A stretch of 64,000 nucleotides of DNA. Origin: Pavona decussata. Its lineage: Eukaryota. The stretch spans positions 5,952,001 through 6,016,000 of the forward strand of contig CDRNST010000020.1 of the NCBI GenBank assembly GCA_977016875.1, written 5' to 3'. Below, piece by piece: positions 61,931 through 64,000 of the stretch. The notes under the pieces were generated by a model. The model worked only from the letters and a program-made list of their open reading frames with translations, searched no databases and was not told where the DNA came from. Within the stretch, counting starts at the first letter, position 1, and each line of letters begins with the position of its first letter. A program made the position numbers and the translations under genes.

Positions 61931-63582
61931 TTAAAAAATATGTCTACCTTGTTCAACCAAAGAAAAGAGCAGCGGCAGCAGTTGATTTTCAAACAAGTTT
62001 TCTTTAGTTTAATAATAAAAAATCAACAACAATATTTTAAGAGGAGGCCTCCAATCACCTGACGGTGGTTTTCAGGAGGGTCCTGAGTTCGCTTCCGTTT
62101 ATATCACTTCTGTGCAATTTTACCGACGATCACAGCACTACTCGCGAATAATCAGGCGAGCAGTGGACAATAACAGAGAGACTCAGAGGTATTACTGTAA
62201 ACGAAATGGTGCATAGCGATATTTTTAAAAGATCCACGAATCGTTTGGTGACATTCAATACGATATTGTGAGATGGAATAGTGATGAACAAAACAGTCGC
62301 TAGCCTCACGTTAGTAAATGAACGAAAGGAACATAAGACCTATTTGTTGCATCGTAGGACTGGTGTGATAGCTTGCACGAACGGAAAATCATTCTGAACA
62401 ACGAGGCCAACACGTGACTGAGAGCGACGGTTAAAGCCGCGACAAGGCTGAGAACGTGAAACAAGACGAGCTGACTGCCAACAGCGAGTAAGAACTTCGC
62501 GGCTTTTTGCGACTACTAGCGCAAGAATGCCGGCAGTTGCGAGGAAGCCCAAATAGAAACGAAATAAGTTTTGTGGCTTTTGTCTTTCTAAACGCAAAGA
62601 AATGATGAAAGAAAGCGCAGCAGAGGCTTAGCTCGTTGATTTCACATTTTTTGTTCTTAAGTCTCAATAACAAGTCGCGGGTTATTTTTATCAGCTTCTT
62701 TGCAGCTGATTAAAAACGCGTAGATAAAATTGTACATTGTACTAGTGTACTGGTATTTTTGGGTAGTTTTAATATTTGCATTTTAGTTTGTATTATGACA
62801 GTCACAGGTTCGTTAGCACTGTTTTCTAATTGGCGACACCCTCTTTAAACAAAGTTTGATTGAAAAGTGGTGTTTCAATTTACTTAATTGTCCCATTTCC
62901 GTTCGTTATAAGTGTTCAGTCATCAATCTTAACCATCCGCTATATTCGACTTTCCTGCTTTCTTTAACGAAACAGTTAACACGGAGAAACAGCCACCTGC
63001 CCACCAGCCCATGGTTAAATGGTTACATACATTGTAGCCCCCAAAGAATGGCACTCTGCATAAGTCACGTCCCTGGATCTAAACAGGCTTGGAAGTAACA
63101 CGAACATACATTTTTGTGTTTTGTCACTGAAATCTAAACTCAGTAAAGTAAAAGTGATTTTCTTACTGCGATAATCTTGTATGATTCACATAGGTAATTT
63201 TACGAAGGCAATGTGCGTGTAGGTCCGAAAAATTAACGGAATAGAAGTTACAAGATGGTGACCTTGCCTTTCGATTAGCCTTCAATAGACCACCTCGTTA
63301 GCCATTTTTTTAGGAGTAAATAGATCCCCCATTCACTCAGCTTCTTAACTGCGTTAATGGTAACGCCATGCTAGCACTGGACCATCACAGTTTCTTAGAA
63401 AGTAACCCCGTTACACATTAAATGGGCAGACAGTGCTCCGTTCACAATTTGTCCGTAACATTGGCTCTTGGGCCATATGTACTTTATGCCTGCTCATATT
63501 GTAAGGGCATCAGACAAGACATGGATACTTTTCTGTTCAGCGCACTTGGCTTACTCAGAATTTTCAGAATCCCTTACAGTTA

Positions 63583-63608
63583 AAAAAAAATAAAAAATAA
63601 ATAAATAA

Positions 63609-63663
<55 letters not shown>

Positions 63664-63968
63664 GTAATAAAAAAAATAAAAAATCTTTCTTTATTATAAT
63701 ATTCCAAGCAAAATTGATATTTACAAGTTAAAAGTAGAAAAAAAGAGCTATTAAAACCTATTTACAATTCAATATTTAAAATTCATTTCGATTAAAAAAA
63801 AAGCGACTATTTCCAAGTACAACAGAGCTATTTTCAAGCACAATTTTTTAACAATAGTAAGACTAAAATTTTGATGAAATAAAAAAGTTGTTAAAAAGAT
63901 CCTAAAATACTAATTTACAACGTCACGCCATCATTCACTTTCTAATAATAATAATAATAATAATAATA

Positions 63969-64000
<32 letters not shown>
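63583..64000 (+). repeat. A-rich and (TAA)n microsatellites (63583-63685, 63943-64000)
   Basis: Direct reading. Confidence 0.85.

Noticed and set aside
60170-63540. Short ORFs 60233-60469, 60419-60763, 62340-62597, 62856-63098 as genes
   Set aside because: No recognisable motifs or consistent splice structure in any frame.

Overview
AT-rich eukaryotic (animal) genomic DNA with spliceosomal introns and microsatellites; the repeat families look like those of stony corals (inference). It is a nested cluster of transposable elements, and I recognise no host gene. Left to right: (1) a decayed BEL/Pao LTR retrotransposon with its 5' LTR and a tRNA-Arg PBS; (2) a small chromodomain gene next to an intron-containing RAG1/Transib/Chapaev-like transposase pseudogene; (3) a large CACTA/EnSpm-type element (head-to-head transposase and accessory gene, plus a papain-fold protease fragment) invaded by an ISL2EU-type deletion derivative, two L1/Tx1 LINEs (one with an open 1272-aa ORF2) and MITEs; (4) a Sola3-like transposase gene split by two large insertions: a complete 11.6-kb AcademH element (28-bp TIRs, 9-bp TSD, intact spliced ZnF-RecQ helicase, transposase with ankyrin repeats inside its catalytic core) and a 7.8-kb Kolobok element (TTAA TSD); (5) a second CACTA-like remnant (SAM gene and C2H2 gene), a 20-bp repeat array and a non-autonomous piggyBac-like element. 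The most notable item is the ankyrin-transposase plus ZnF-RecQ-RQC AcademH element. All family calls come from motif recognition by eye, not database searches. Most short ORFs in the track are shadow or intronic.
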